Positions 37,392-47,884 are shown, counted from the whole stretch's first letter. The stretch is DNA of 63,975 bases, filler included, from Caldilineae bacterium (GCA_037446815.1; 8 parts of 8 records of this genome joined end to end with filler, not necessarily neighbours in it); one strand, 5' to 3'. Translations and numbers: made by a program. Notes: generated from the sequence alone by a model not told the origin.

Positions 37392-39182
37392 CTACTCGCG
37401 AATCTGCGACAGCCAGGCGGTCGCGAAGACGAGGGTCCAGGTGAACTTGCGCGCCTCCGAGGCCACGCGCTCGCCGCGCAGGAGTCGCTCCAGCATGGCG
37501 CGCACTGTCTCAGCCCGGCACAGGGGCATGAGGGGATTATTGGGCTGCAAGACCATGTCGCCGACGAAGGCGCGCATGGCGGGGTGCGCGTAGATCTCCC
37601 CTTGCGGCGCGAGGAACGATCCACCGGCGGCCCGGGCCAGTTCGGGGGGCACGCTCTCGGCCAGCAGATTGCGGAGGAGGCCCTTGGGCACCCCCTTGGG
37701 GCGCTTCTCGTCCCAACTGAGGGCGAAGGCTCGCCGCATCATCAGCGGCTCCATGAACGGCGCGACCGAATCCACCCCTGCGGCCATCTGCGGCCCCAGA
37801 ACCACCGCCGAGAACTCCCGAGAGGTGAAGTACATCTGGTGCAGGACGCTGGTCAGCAGGTCGTAGTCGCGCGCGGCGGAAAGGGGTTCCACATAGTCGC
37901 GGACGGCGTCGTCCAGGGTCTGCCCGACAGCGCGCGGTATGGCGTAAGCGATGCCCTCCATCGGGTGCTCGCACATCATGGTGTGGGTGATGGGGACAGC
38001 GATACTGCGCCGCACCGCCGACAGCAGGCGCGCCATTGGCGAGTCCCACCGCCACAATCCCAGCCCGGCGTAGGGCCACGCGAGGGCCCTCCGCGCGAAC
38101 TTTGGAACCCATCCCAGGGGCCGCCACAGCCGCCGAATGTGGAGCCGCTGGCCGAAGGGTGCGCCCGCGCCCACGCCGTGCAGGGTGGTGCGCGACGGCT
38201 GGGCCAGCGGCAGGGCGGCATGGGCCAGCAGGTTGCCTGGAACCAGGGACGTGTCGCAGAAGGGGAACGGATAGTCGCGGCCGATGCGCTCCAGCACCGT
38301 CGGGATGTCGGCGGGGTTCCAGGCGACCTGACAGAATTGCAGCCCCAGGTGTTGGGCGATGCGGCGAGCGCGCTCGGCCTTGTCGTCGCCCGGGCCGAAG
38401 GCGTAGTTGACGAGGATCGTATCGGCGCGGCCCAGAGCCGCCAGTCGCGCCGCGATGAGTGACGAATCCACCCCGCCGCTGAAGTACACGACCGGCGAAC
38501 GGGGCACCCGCTCCAGGATCGCGTCCAGCGTGTCGCGGATGAGGGTCTGCGCGTCCACACTCGGGTCGCGATCGGCGGGGTCGCCCAGCACGGCGAACCG
38601 CTCCAGCGCGGGCTCCGCAGCGGGGGCGATGCGCAGGAGGTGGCCCACGGGCACGCGGCGCGTGTCGCGGAACAAGGTGAGGGGCGCGGGGGTCAGGCCG
38701 TAGCGGAACAGGCCCAGGACGCTTGCCTCGTCCAGGTGGCCTCCGGTCAGCTGCGCCATAAGCCGCAGATCGTTGCTCAATGCCCACCCGTCGTCTGCGG
38801 GCGCGAAGTACAGTTGCTCCACCGCGGCGGGGGGCACGGCTGCCAGGATTTCGCCGGTGGCGAGCAGAATCCCGATGCGGATGGCGGCGGGATGATGGCT
38901 GTCGCCCAGCAGGCGGCGTATGGCGTCAGCGCTGCGGAGGCCGGGCGCGGGGACCTCGTCGCCCGCCGTCGTGAGCACGAGCACGCCATCGGCAGGCGGG
39001 GACACACGCGGGCCCGCGCCGACGACGGAAGCCGGGCCAAGCCACGCGCAGCGGACAGTGCGCCCGTTTGGCAGCGGGATGGCGAGGGCGCGGACGGCCA
39101 GGCCCAACCACGTAGCGTGGCGAGCCACCGCATCATGCCAGGCGGTCGCGTCGTCGGCGGTGAGGTATGCGGTGAAGATCAT
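37392..39182 (-). CDS. Asparagine synthetase-like amidotransferase/ATP pyrophosphatase
   Basis: PAPLTLF....RVP.GH, FSGGVDSS, PFCD.S, APFM, K.LLR; RBS GGAGG. Confidence 0.85.
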   Translation of the reverse strand: MIFTAYLTADDATAWHDAVARHATWLGLAVRALAIPLPNGRTVRCAWLGPASVVGAGPRVSPPADGVLVLTTAGDEVPAPGLRSADAIRRLLGDSHHPAAIRIGILLATGEILAAVPPAAVEQLYFAPADDGWALSNDLRLMAQLTGGHLDEASVLGLFRYGLTPAPLTLFRDTRRVPVGHLLRIAPAAEPALERFAVLGDPADRDPSVDAQTLIRDTLDAILERVPRSPVVYFSGGVDSSLIAARLAALGRADTILVNYAFGPGDDKAERARRIAQHLGLQFCQVAWNPADIPTVLERIGRDYPFPFCDTSLVPGNLLAHAALPLAQPSRTTLHGVGAGAPFGQRLHIRRLWRPLGWVPKFARRALAWPYAGLGLWRWDSPMARLLSAVRRSIAVPITHTMMCEHPMEGIAYAIPRAVGQTLDDAVRDYVEPLSAARDYDLLTSVLHQMYFTSREFSAVVLGPQMAAGVDSVAPFMEPLMMRRAFALSWDEKRPKGVPKGLLRNLLAESVPPELARAAGGSFLAPQGEIYAHPAMRAFVGDMVLQPNNPLMPLCRAETVRAMLERLLRGERVASEARKFTWTLVFATAWLSQIRE

Positions 39183-39412
39183 AGGGCGTTGCGAGCCTCC
39201 TCCGCCATTATAGGACGGTGGTGGGGATGGGGCAACTCGGCGCGGTGGGCGNNNNNNNNNNNNNNNNNNNNNNNNNNNNNNNNNNNNNNNNNNNNNNNNN
39301 NNNNNNNNNNNNNNNNNNNNNNNNNNNNNNNNNNNNNNNNNNNNNNNNNNNGCGGGGCGGCGCAGGGCCAAAGCCAGGCCGCATCGCGGCCATGGTTCCA
39401 TTTCCACGAGTC

Positions 39413-39441
39413 TTGACATCTTTGATGCATGCATATATACT
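39413..39441 (+). promoter_or_regulatory. Sigma70-type promoter TTGACA-17-TATACT with ATGCATGCAT palindrome in the spacer
   Basis: Upstream of the multiheme cytochrome gene. Confidence 0.7.
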
Positions 39442-39477
39442 GCAGCCACTTATGGGGGAGTCGCAAAGGAGGTTCCG

Positions 39478-41140
39478 ATGAGTTGGCTTGGCAAGATGCT
39501 GGCACCCTTTGACCCGCGCGTGCCCGAAGGCAGGAGACGCCTCGCTCTCATTGTAGGCGGGTTTGTCGTCCTCATCGGCATTGGCGTGGGCCTCATTCTG
39601 TTGTGGGACTACACCAACAGCCCAGAATTCTGCGGCACACGCTGCCACACCATGCCGCCTGAGTGGGTGGCCTACAACAACTCCTACCACGCCCGTGTGT
39701 CCTGCGTGGATTGCCATATCGGGCGCGTGGGCACGTTGAGGGCCATCCAACTCAAGTCCACCCACGGCGGGCATCTGACCAGCCTCATCTTCAACAGTTA
39801 TGAGCGCCCCATCTACGTGAAATCGCTGCGTCCGGCGCGGGAGACCTGCGAGCGATGCCACTGGCCCGACGCCGTGTTTGACGATTCCGTCCGCCGCATC
39901 GTGCACTACGAGTCCGACGAGACCAACACGCTGCACACCACCTTCCTCATCTTCAAGACCGGTGGCGGAACCGAACGCTTCGGCACCGGTCGGGGCATTC
40001 ACTGGCACATCATCAACAAGGTCTACTACATTGCCACCGACGATCTCAAGCAGAACATCCCGTGGGTGCAGGTGGTGGACGAGGCGGGGAACACAACCGA
40101 GTACATGGACGTGGAATCGCCCCTGACTCCCGAGCAGATCGCGTCGGCCGAGAAGCACCTCATGGACTGCGTGGACTGCCACAACCGCAGCGTCCACGAT
40201 TTCAAATCGCCGGACGCCTCGCTGGATCGGGCCATTGAACTGGGCCGCATTAGCAAGGCCATTCCGTTCATCAAGGAGAAGGCCCTGGAACTCCTTGATG
40301 CGCACTACGCCACCTTTGATGAGGCGATCCAGGCGATAGAGCAACTTCCGGCCTTCTACCAGGCCAACTATCCGGATTTCTATGCCCAGAACGCCAAGGC
40401 CGTCCAGGAAGCCACAGATCTCATCAAGGAGATTTTCCAGGACACATACTTCCCGGACCTGTCCGTCGGATGGAAGACCCACCCGAACAACATCGGCCAC
40501 AAGGACTTCCCCGGCTGCTTCCGCTGCCACAACGGGAAGCACAAGGACGGGGATGGTCAGTCCATCCGCCTGCACTGCAACATCTGCCACACGGTTCCGA
40601 TTGTCTCCAGGGAAGGCACAGAGCCCAAGATTGCGGAACTCGGCAACCTGCTACAGTCGGCCCAGGAGCCCGCATCCCACCTGGCCGCCAACTTCATCGC
40701 CGATCATCGCTTCCAGGCCGATGACTCCTGCGCGGCCTGCCATGGGCCTATCAAGTTCGGCGCGGATGACACGAGTTTCTGCAGCAACTCGGCTTGCCAT
40801 GGCACGAAATGGCCGGTGGTGAATCTGGACGCCGGTTTCACGCACCCCATCGCCCTGGAGGGCAAGCACGCCGAGGTCTGGTGCCACGAGTGCCACAGCG
40901 GGGTGAAGGAGCCGCAGTACGTGTGCGCCAACTGCCACCAGCCGCCGCGCGGGCATTTCACAGGGGACTGCGCCCAGTGCCACACGCCCGCCGGGTTCAA
41001 GGAGTCGGCGGCGGGCCTGCTCGCCAACGCTAAGGGGATACCACACGCGGTGGCGGGGCGGGAGGCGTGCCTGACGTGCCACGCATCGGCGGTGAAGCCT
41101 GTGCCGGCGTCGCATGCGGGGCGCACGGACGAGAGTTGCA
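39478..41140 (+). CDS. Membrane-anchored multiheme cytochrome c (NapC/NirT N-terminus), 3' truncated
   Basis: N-terminal TM; 10 CxxCH plus CGTRCH and CSNSACH. Confidence 0.92.
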
Positions 41141-41408
41141 NNNNNNNNNNNNNNNNNNNNNNNNNNNNNNNNNNNNNNNNNNNNTTAATTAATTAANNNN
41201 NNNNNNNNNNNNNNNNNNNNNNNNNNNNNNNNNNNNNNNNCCTCGCCCCTCCCCTCACCCCAGCCCTCTCCCGAAGGGCGAGGGCGTATCGCCTTGGGCT
41301 TCGCATCGGGAGCGGAAGTGCGACGCACCTCGGAGGTGCGTCGCACGTTCCCCATTCGCGTGGGTTCGTGCCCATTCGCGCTATTCGTGGATGACTTCTC
41401 GCAGGCTA

Positions 41409-41470
41409 TTGACAAAACGCGAAAACCATGCTATAATGTTGCAAACATTACAATGCTTACATTCCTTTCA
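41409..41470 (+). promoter_or_regulatory. Consensus promoter TTGACA-17-TATAAT followed by 9-bp periodic repeats
   Basis: ATGTTGCAA ACATTACAA TGCTTACAT TCCTTTCAC. Confidence 0.8.
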
Positions 41471-41488
41471 CTGCACAGGCGGGACGCA

Positions 41489-42097
41489 ATGGATCGGTTT
41501 CTGACAACGGGAGAGGTGGCACAATACTGCCAGGTCTCGCCGGTAACCATCTTCCGCTGGATCCGGGAAGGCAAGTTGCCGGCACACAGCACACCCGGCG
41601 GCCATTATCGGGTGCGCGCCACAGACCTGCTCGCCTTCCTCGCCAAGCACTCCATTCCGGTGGACACGGAACTGCGGCGCGCCGTGGCCGGCGAGAAGCG
41701 CATCCTCGTCGTGGATGACGAGCAGGCCATCGTGGAGACCGTGGTTCGCAATCTCCAGCGCCTCGGGCCGCAATTCCGCTTTGCCACGGCCTTCAACGGG
41801 TTTGAGGCCGGTAGGCAATTGGCGCTCTTCTCGCCGGACCTCATCGTGCTGGACCTGATGATGCCCGGCGTGGACGGGCTGGACGTATGCCGCCAGGTGA
41901 GGGGCGACCCATCCACCAGGCACATCAAGATCCTCGTCGTAACCGGCTACAGCAGCGCGGAGTACTTGGAAGCCGCCCGCGAGGCCGGCGCTGATGACTG
42001 CCTCCCCAAGCCCTTCTCGGGCGAAGAACTTCGCGACCGCGTCCGCAGGCTTCTGGGGATTCCGGCGATAGCGGACCAGCCCCCCATTCCATCGTGA
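41489..42097 (+). CDS. Excisionase-type HTH (HTH_17) fused to a response-regulator receiver
   Basis: FLTTGEVA..TIFRWIREGKL..TPGGHYR; VVDDE, LDLMMPG, KP. Confidence 0.92.
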   Translation: MDRFLTTGEVAQYCQVSPVTIFRWIREGKLPAHSTPGGHYRVRATDLLAFLAKHSIPVDTELRRAVAGEKRILVVDDEQAIVETVVRNLQRLGPQFRFATAFNGFEAGRQLALFSPDLIVLDLMMPGVDGLDVCRQVRGDPSTRHIKILVVTGYSSAEYLEAAREAGADDCLPKPFSGEELRDRVRRLLGIPAIADQPPIPS

Positions 42098-42106
42098 GGC
42101 GCGATC

Positions 42107-43918
42107 GTGGCTGGGCATACGGCTGTGGATGGGCGACAGGCTCGCCGACTGCTAGATCGGCTGGACAGCGACCTCACGCGGGCACATGGCTCGGCCTACG
42201 TGCTTGAGGTGGGGTTGGGAGCCCTCATGCAGTTGGCCGGAGCCGAGGCAGGCTTCGCGGCCGTCGCGGCCTCGGAGCAAAGCGGCGGCCTGCTCCACAC
42301 CGCCGAGGGCCTCACCGACGCCCAAGCCGATGCCTGGGTGCAGGTCGTTCGGCACTCCCTGGAGACGGAACCCGAGTCCACCGCTTTATCCGAATGCGTG
42401 ACCCTGGCTCAAGCCCAAGGCTACACCTCTTGCCTCCCGGTAACGTTCATAGCAGCGGGGTGGGCCATGGGCGTTGCCATCCTCCTGAGCCAGCGGCTGC
42501 TTGAACTGTCGGCGCACGACATGCGGCGCATCGCCAGGGCGCGCGATAAGATCGCCCCCGCGCTGGAACGGACCCGCATGTTGGAGGAACTCCAGGCTCG
42601 CGTCCTGGAATGGAGCCTCCTGATGCGGCTTGGGCAGGACATCGTCTACAAGCCCGACAGCGGCCTCCTGCCGCGCGCGGCGTCGCTTGTCTCCAGCACA
42701 TTCGGCTACGAACAAGTTGCGTTCCTGCGCGATGAGGGCGGCCTATGGGTGGAAGCCCTCGCGGGCAAATCGCTGGACGGTTGGAAGCCAGGCCAACCCC
42801 TTGCCCGGCCCGATGGCCTGCTGGCAGGCGGCCAGCCGCCCGACGACCTGGCATGGAGCAATGACCTGTCGGGGCGGCCGCATGCCCCCCGGCGCTCCCG
42901 CGCCGAGATCGTCGTGCCCGTGCGCTTGGGCTCCGAACTGCTCGGCCTGCTGGACGTGCGCTCTTCGGTCGCGGGGGCCTTCACCCAACGCGACCCGGGC
43001 GTGCTCAAGTCCGTCGCCGACCAACTCGCCGTCGCCCTCCAGAATCAGCGGCTGCTCATGGAGGCCGAAAAGCGCGCTGCCTACCTGGAAGCCGTCGCCC
43101 GCATCGGGCAAGAGGTGGCAGGCTCCCTGCGAACTCCCGACCTGTTGCGCCAGGCGGTGGAATCGGTGGGGCGCAGGCTGAACTACGAGCACGTGGCCAT
43201 CTACCTGCTGGACGAGAATGCCACGCTTGCCACCCAGGTAGCCGAGTACGCCCATGGCGACGTGCGCATCCACGACTCCCCGGCGGCCTCGGTGAGGCTG
43301 GACGAGGAGCACCTGGTATCCCGCGCGGCGCGATCGAGCCAGGCCCAGCGGCGCGAGGGCGACCCGTCCGGCAGCGGCTTGCGTGAGGATGGAAGTCTCC
43401 CCACCCGCGCGGAACTTTGCATCCCCATCCGCCTGCGGGGTCGCGTCATCGGCATTCTGGACATGGGCACGGACCGCCAGGGCGTCTTCGGCCCGGATGA
43501 AATCGGCGCGCTGTCGCTCCTCGCCAACCTCATCGCCGCCACCCTTGAGAACGCGCGCCTCTACGAGCGCGAGCGGGCCACAGCATCAGAACTGGCCGAG
43601 CGCAACCTCGTGCTCGTCCGCACACAGGCGAGGCTCATCCGCGCCGAGCGTCTCGCCGCCATCGGCCAGTTGGGCTTGGCCGTCAAGCACGAAATCAACA
43701 ACCCCATGACGGCGATTCTGGGCAACGCCGAGTGGCTGTTGGAGCAGGAGGCCAGCCTCTCGGAGGAGGGCCGGCGCGCACTGAAACTCGTGTACGACAT
43801 GGCCATTCGCGTGCGCGACATCGTGGCCCGCCTGGAAAACGTGGAAGACGTCCGCCGCCCCTACCTGGGCGAAGAGATGATTGACCTGCGCGGCGACCAG
43901 GCTAAGCGCGAGGAATAA
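42107..43918 (+). CDS. Multi-GAF sensor with HisKA (DHp) domain and no HATPase domain
   Basis: Three GAF-like repeats; KHEINNP H-box about 75 aa from the C-terminus. Confidence 0.85.
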   Translation: MAGHTAVDGRQARRLLDRLDSDLTRAHGSAYVLEVGLGALMQLAGAEAGFAAVAASEQSGGLLHTAEGLTDAQADAWVQVVRHSLETEPESTALSECVTLAQAQGYTSCLPVTFIAAGWAMGVAILLSQRLLELSAHDMRRIARARDKIAPALERTRMLEELQARVLEWSLLMRLGQDIVYKPDSGLLPRAASLVSSTFGYEQVAFLRDEGGLWVEALAGKSLDGWKPGQPLARPDGLLAGGQPPDDLAWSNDLSGRPHAPRRSRAEIVVPVRLGSELLGLLDVRSSVAGAFTQRDPGVLKSVADQLAVALQNQRLLMEAEKRAAYLEAVARIGQEVAGSLRTPDLLRQAVESVGRRLNYEHVAIYLLDENATLATQVAEYAHGDVRIHDSPAASVRLDEEHLVSRAARSSQAQRREGDPSGSGLREDGSLPTRAELCIPIRLRGRVIGILDMGTDRQGVFGPDEIGALSLLANLIAATLENARLYERERATASELAERNLVLVRTQARLIRAERLAAIGQLGLAVKHEINNPMTAILGNAEWLLEQEASLSEEGRRALKLVYDMAIRVRDIVARLENVEDVRRPYLGEEMIDLRGDQAKREE

Positions 43919-43942
43919 CGCACTCCACCCTCCGTTGCAAAC

Positions 43943-44172
43943 AACGTGCGACGCACCTCCGAAGTGCGTCGCACGTTCACCATTCGCGGAGATTCGCGCT
44001 TATTCGCGGTTGCGAAAAGTGTCATTCTGAGGCGCGAAGCGCCGAAGAATCTCCCGCCCCCTATCCGTTCAATCCGCGTTATCCGTGGATACCGTCTCTC
44101 TATTCGCGCAGATTCGCGCTATTCGCGGTTGCGAAAAGTGTCATTCTGAGGCGCGAAGCGCCGAAGAATCTC
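43943..44172. repeat. GTGCGACGCAC palindrome plus duplicated ATTCGCG and REP units
   Basis: AACGTGCGACGCAC-CTCCGAA-GTGCGTCGCACGTT; ATTCGCGGTTGCGAAAAGTGTCATTCTGAGGCGCGAAGCGCCGAAGAATCTCC twice. Confidence 0.85.
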
Positions 44173-44178
44173 CCGTCC

Positions 44179-44841
44179 CTACTCGGTAAAGCGAAACTTC
44201 ACGAGTGCCCACAGCGCGGGCAGACCGTCGCGCCACGGCGACAGTTTCTTCTCCTTGCGTGGCGTGTACGAAATCGGCACCTCGTAGATGTGGTGCCCGC
44301 GCTTCAGAATCTTCGCCGTTACCTCCGCCTCCAGGTCAAACCGATTGCACGTAATCCGAAAACTCTGCATCAGTTCCCTGTCCACCAGTTTGTAGCACGT
44401 CTCCATGTCGTGAATGCGGGAGCCGTAGATAAGGTTCGTGGCCCATGTCAGGAACTGATTGCCCAGGCGGATGAACGTCTTCTGGCCCTTGAGCGACCGC
44501 ACGCCGTACACCACCTTGGCCTTTTCCGCCACCATCTTATCCACCAGTTTGTGGTAGTCGTTCGGGTCGTACTCCAGGTCGGCGTCCTGGATGATAATCG
44601 CGTCGCCCTGGGCGGCGGCGATGGCGGTGCGGATGGCCGCGCCCTTCCCCTGATTCTTGGGGTGGTGAATCACGCGCAGACCTGGGATGTCCAGCCTGTC
44701 CAGGATTTCGCCGGTGCCGTCGGTGGAGCCATCGTTCACGATGATGATCTCCTTTTCCACGTCCACTTCTGCCACGCGGCGGATGAGCGACTCAACGGTG
44801 GGGGCCTCGTTGTAGGCCGGAATCAACACGGAAAGTTTCAC
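44179..44841 (-). CDS. Glycosyltransferase family 2 (polyprenol-phosphate glycosyltransferase-like)
   Basis: IPAYNE, NDGSTDGT, NQGKGAA, QDADLEYDP, DMETCYK. Confidence 0.95.
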   Translation of the reverse strand: MKLSVLIPAYNEAPTVESLIRRVAEVDVEKEIIIVNDGSTDGTGEILDRLDIPGLRVIHHPKNQGKGAAIRTAIAAAQGDAIIIQDADLEYDPNDYHKLVDKMVAEKAKVVYGVRSLKGQKTFIRLGNQFLTWATNLIYGSRIHDMETCYKLVDRELMQSFRITCNRFDLEAEVTAKILKRGHHIYEVPISYTPRKEKKLSPWRDGLPALWALVKFRFTE

Positions 44842-44844
44842 AGG

Positions 44845-46689
44845 CTACCTCCAGAGTTCGTTGGCCGGCCCATTTAGCCCCAACTCCACCAATTTGTCAA
44901 GAAGCGGCTTGCCGGTTTGCCAATCCCAGCCCCGCTGGCGGTAGAATTCGGGCAACAGGGCGTCCATGTCCGGCACATTGCCCTCGGTGCCTCCTTCGGC
45001 CAGCGGCCTCAGCAGCGGCGCGGGCAGCCGATCGTCCTCGCGGCGCGCACCCAGGCGGTTGCTGATGGCCCGCTTCAGGTTGAAGATGCGGTCGCCGATG
45101 GCGAGCAAATCGGCAGGCGACACCTCTCGGCCCGTAACCGCTGCGAACAGCGCCCGCCAGCGGTGCGATCCGTAGAAGGCATTGGAGCACGCGATGAGGG
45201 AATTCGTGAACGCATGGTAGTTCTGCAAGCGGATGACGACGCCGACCTTCTCGGGGCTTTGGTCAAAGCGGTCGCCGGCGGGAATGTCCAGTTCCGCCTG
45301 CTCCTGCCCCAGGTCCACCATGTACACATCCGCGTCCATGTGCGACGCGCCGCGTGCGCCGGTCGCATACACCAGCGCCATGCCGATATTGGCGCGCGGG
45401 TCGTGCATCGGCACCTCCAGCCCCTTCACATGCACCGCCCAATCCTCCACGCCGAAGCGGCGGGCCAGCGCCAGCGCGCCATCGGCCAGCAGCGCGCCGA
45501 ATCCCTCCCGCCGCGCGATCTTCGGGATGAGGGCGATGGCCGGTTCCAGGTCACCCCACACCAGGCGCAGGCCATCGGTATCGGCCTCGCGCAGCACGCC
45601 TGCCTCAAACATCTGGTACGCCAGCGCCAGCGTAACCCCGCAGGAGATGGTGTCCAGGCCGTGCACGTTGCATAGGTGGTTCGCCCGCGCCACCGCCTCC
45701 AAGTCGGCGCAATCCAGGAGCGAGCCGAAACTGGCGATGGTCTCGTACTCCGGCCCATCCACCGCCGGCGTGGCGAAGGGGTCGCGCGTCGCGGCGGTAT
45801 ACCGTCCGCAGCCGATGGGGCACCGGAAGCACGACGCGCGCCGACGGAGAATCGTCTCGCTCATCATCGGCCCGCTGATATTCAGCGCGTCGGGAAAGAC
45901 GCCGCCCGCGAAATGATGCGCGGGCATATCGCCGATGTCGGCTTGCAGCACCACGCCGTTGGATGTTCCCATGAGGCGAAAGACCTGGCTCGCGGGGTCG
46001 TCCTGGGTGAATCGCAGGATGTCCTCCACGGCGGCGCGCAGGGCGTCGGGGTTGGCCACGGGCACTTTCGCGTGGCCCAGCACCGCCACCGCCTTCAGGT
46101 TCTTGGCGCCCATGACGGCCCCCATGCCCGTGCGGCCCGCGGCGCGCCCATGGTCGTTCATGATGGCGGCGTACTTCACCAGCGACTCCCCCGCCGCGCC
46201 GATGCACGCGACGCGCGTTCGGCGGTCGCCCATCTCCCCTTTGATGGCGCGCTGCGCCGCGTATGTGTCCAGCCCCCACAGATGCCCCGCCGGCCGCAGC
46301 GCCGCCTTGCCGTCGGCCACCGCCAGATACATCGGCTCGGGCGCGCGCCCCGTGATGACGATGCCGTCGTACCCCGCGAACTTCAACTCCGGCCCCCAGA
46401 ACCCGCCCGAGTTGGACTCGCCCCACAGGCCGGTGAGCGGCGAACGGGCGCACACCACAAATCGCCCGCACGATGGGGCCGCCGTGCCCGTCAGCGGGCC
46501 GGTCATGAAAATCAGCGGATTCTCCGGCCCAAGCGGGTCGGCGTCGGGGGACAAGTGTTCCCACAGATAGCGCGCGGCCAGCCCCGCCCCGCCCACGAAC
46601 TGCTCCGCCCACTCGGCGCTCGTCGCCTCCTCGCGGATGTCGCCCGTGGTCAAGTTCACGCGCAGCATCTTGCCCATGTAGCCACCCAT
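44845..46689 (-). CDS. aor: Aldehyde:ferredoxin oxidoreductase (W/Mo)
   Basis: SPLTG..GESNSGG, AAGRTGMGAVMGAKNLKA, CFRCPIGC, GPEYET, GLDTIS, DPR. Confidence 0.93.
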   Translation of the reverse strand: MGGYMGKMLRVNLTTGDIREEATSAEWAEQFVGGAGLAARYLWEHLSPDADPLGPENPLIFMTGPLTGTAAPSCGRFVVCARSPLTGLWGESNSGGFWGPELKFAGYDGIVITGRAPEPMYLAVADGKAALRPAGHLWGLDTYAAQRAIKGEMGDRRTRVACIGAAGESLVKYAAIMNDHGRAAGRTGMGAVMGAKNLKAVAVLGHAKVPVANPDALRAAVEDILRFTQDDPASQVFRLMGTSNGVVLQADIGDMPAHHFAGGVFPDALNISGPMMSETILRRRASCFRCPIGCGRYTAATRDPFATPAVDGPEYETIASFGSLLDCADLEAVARANHLCNVHGLDTISCGVTLALAYQMFEAGVLREADTDGLRLVWGDLEPAIALIPKIARREGFGALLADGALALARRFGVEDWAVHVKGLEVPMHDPRANIGMALVYATGARGASHMDADVYMVDLGQEQAELDIPAGDRFDQSPEKVGVVIRLQNYHAFTNSLIACSNAFYGSHRWRALFAAVTGREVSPADLLAIGDRIFNLKRAISNRLGARREDDRLPAPLLRPLAEGGTEGNVPDMDALLPEFYRQRGWDWQTGKPLLDKLVELGLNGPANELWR

Positions 46690-46720
46690 CGCCAACGACC
46701 TCCTCGCCGCGAATTCCCCG

Positions 46721-47884
46721 TCAGAACGTTACCTGCTTGCCGTGGTACACGCACCAGAACAACTCGTTGAACTCCTCAGCCTCGGGCACGCGCGGGCTGG
46801 TAATCGTGCACGGGTCCTGCGAAGCATTGTCCAGCAGCACCGGCAGGCTTTCGGCGAATTCGCGCTCGCCGATGCCGATCCCTTTGAGCGAGCGCGGATG
46901 GCCCGTCTCCCCCACCAGTTGCCACACTGCCCCCACCAGCGCGTCGGCCCCCTCCTTGCCCGTGGCCGTGGTCAGGCCCAGGTAGCGGGCCAGCGCCGCC
47001 AGGTTATCCGGCATGCCGTTGGCGGCGAACTCCAGCGTGTAGGGCAGGCAAATGCCGATGAGCCGTCCGTGCGGCGCGTGGAACATCCCTCCCAGGGCGT
47101 GGGCCATGCTGTGGCAGATGCCGATTTGCGCGTTGCCCAGCCCCAGGCCCGCGATGGTCGCCGCGTTGTGCATGTGCTCGCGCGCCTCCTCGTCCTGCGG
47201 ATTCTTGCACACACGGGGCAGGTACGTCAGCACCAGTTCCGTGGACTTGATCATAAGGCCGTCGGTGAAATCGTTGCGCCACGCGCCGATGAAACACTCT
47301 ATGGAGTGGGCCAGCACGTCCATGCCCGTGTCTCGCGTGATGGACACGGGGAGGTTGCGCGTGAAGATCGGGTCCACGATGGCGAAATCCGCTAGCCCCT
47401 CGGGCGACCCCAGCACCAACTTGCGATGGCTCGCCTCGTCGGTCAGGACGACGCCCCAGCCCACGTCTGCGCCGGTGCCGCTCGTGGTGGGAATGGTAAC
47501 CAGCCGTATCTCCTTGCTCAGATTCAAAGGCTCCAGCGGGCTGATGCCGTCCACGGGCAAGTCCGGCCGCTCGTACAGGATGCGCACGGTCTTGGCCGTG
47601 TCCATGGCGGACCCGCCGCCCAGCCCGATGATGAGGTCCGGCTTGACCTCGCGGGCCACCTGCGCGCCGCGCAGCGCCAGGTCCAACGTCGGTTCGGCGC
47701 ACACTTCGGCGAAGACGGTGTAGGCCACGCCCGCCTCATCCAACTTGCGCGTTACCAAATCCACGAGGCCCAACCGCACCAGGGCGGCGTCGGTGATGAT
47801 GAGCGCCTGCCGCGCGGGAATCTCCACAAGGTAATCCAGCGACTCAGGTCCGAAGATGATCTGAGGACTGCGAAAGAACCACAT
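46721..47884 (-). CDS. Iron-containing alcohol dehydrogenase
   Basis: GGGSAMD, PTTSGTG, GMDVLAHSIE, HSMAH, PHG; RBS GGAGG. Confidence 0.93.
   Translation of the reverse strand: MWFFRSPQIIFGPESLDYLVEIPARQALIITDAALVRLGLVDLVTRKLDEAGVAYTVFAEVCAEPTLDLALRGAQVAREVKPDLIIGLGGGSAMDTAKTVRILYERPDLPVDGISPLEPLNLSKEIRLVTIPTTSGTGADVGWGVVLTDEASHRKLVLGSPEGLADFAIVDPIFTRNLPVSITRDTGMDVLAHSIECFIGAWRNDFTDGLMIKSTELVLTYLPRVCKNPQDEEAREHMHNAATIAGLGLGNAQIGICHSMAHALGGMFHAPHGRLIGICLPYTLEFAANGMPDNLAALARYLGLTTATGKEGADALVGAVWQLVGETGHPRSLKGIGIGEREFAESLPVLLDNASQDPCTITSPRVPEAEEFNELFWCVYHGKQVTF

Noticed and set aside
37392..39182. Lasso peptide cluster
   Set aside because: No precursor, RRE or B2 protease visible
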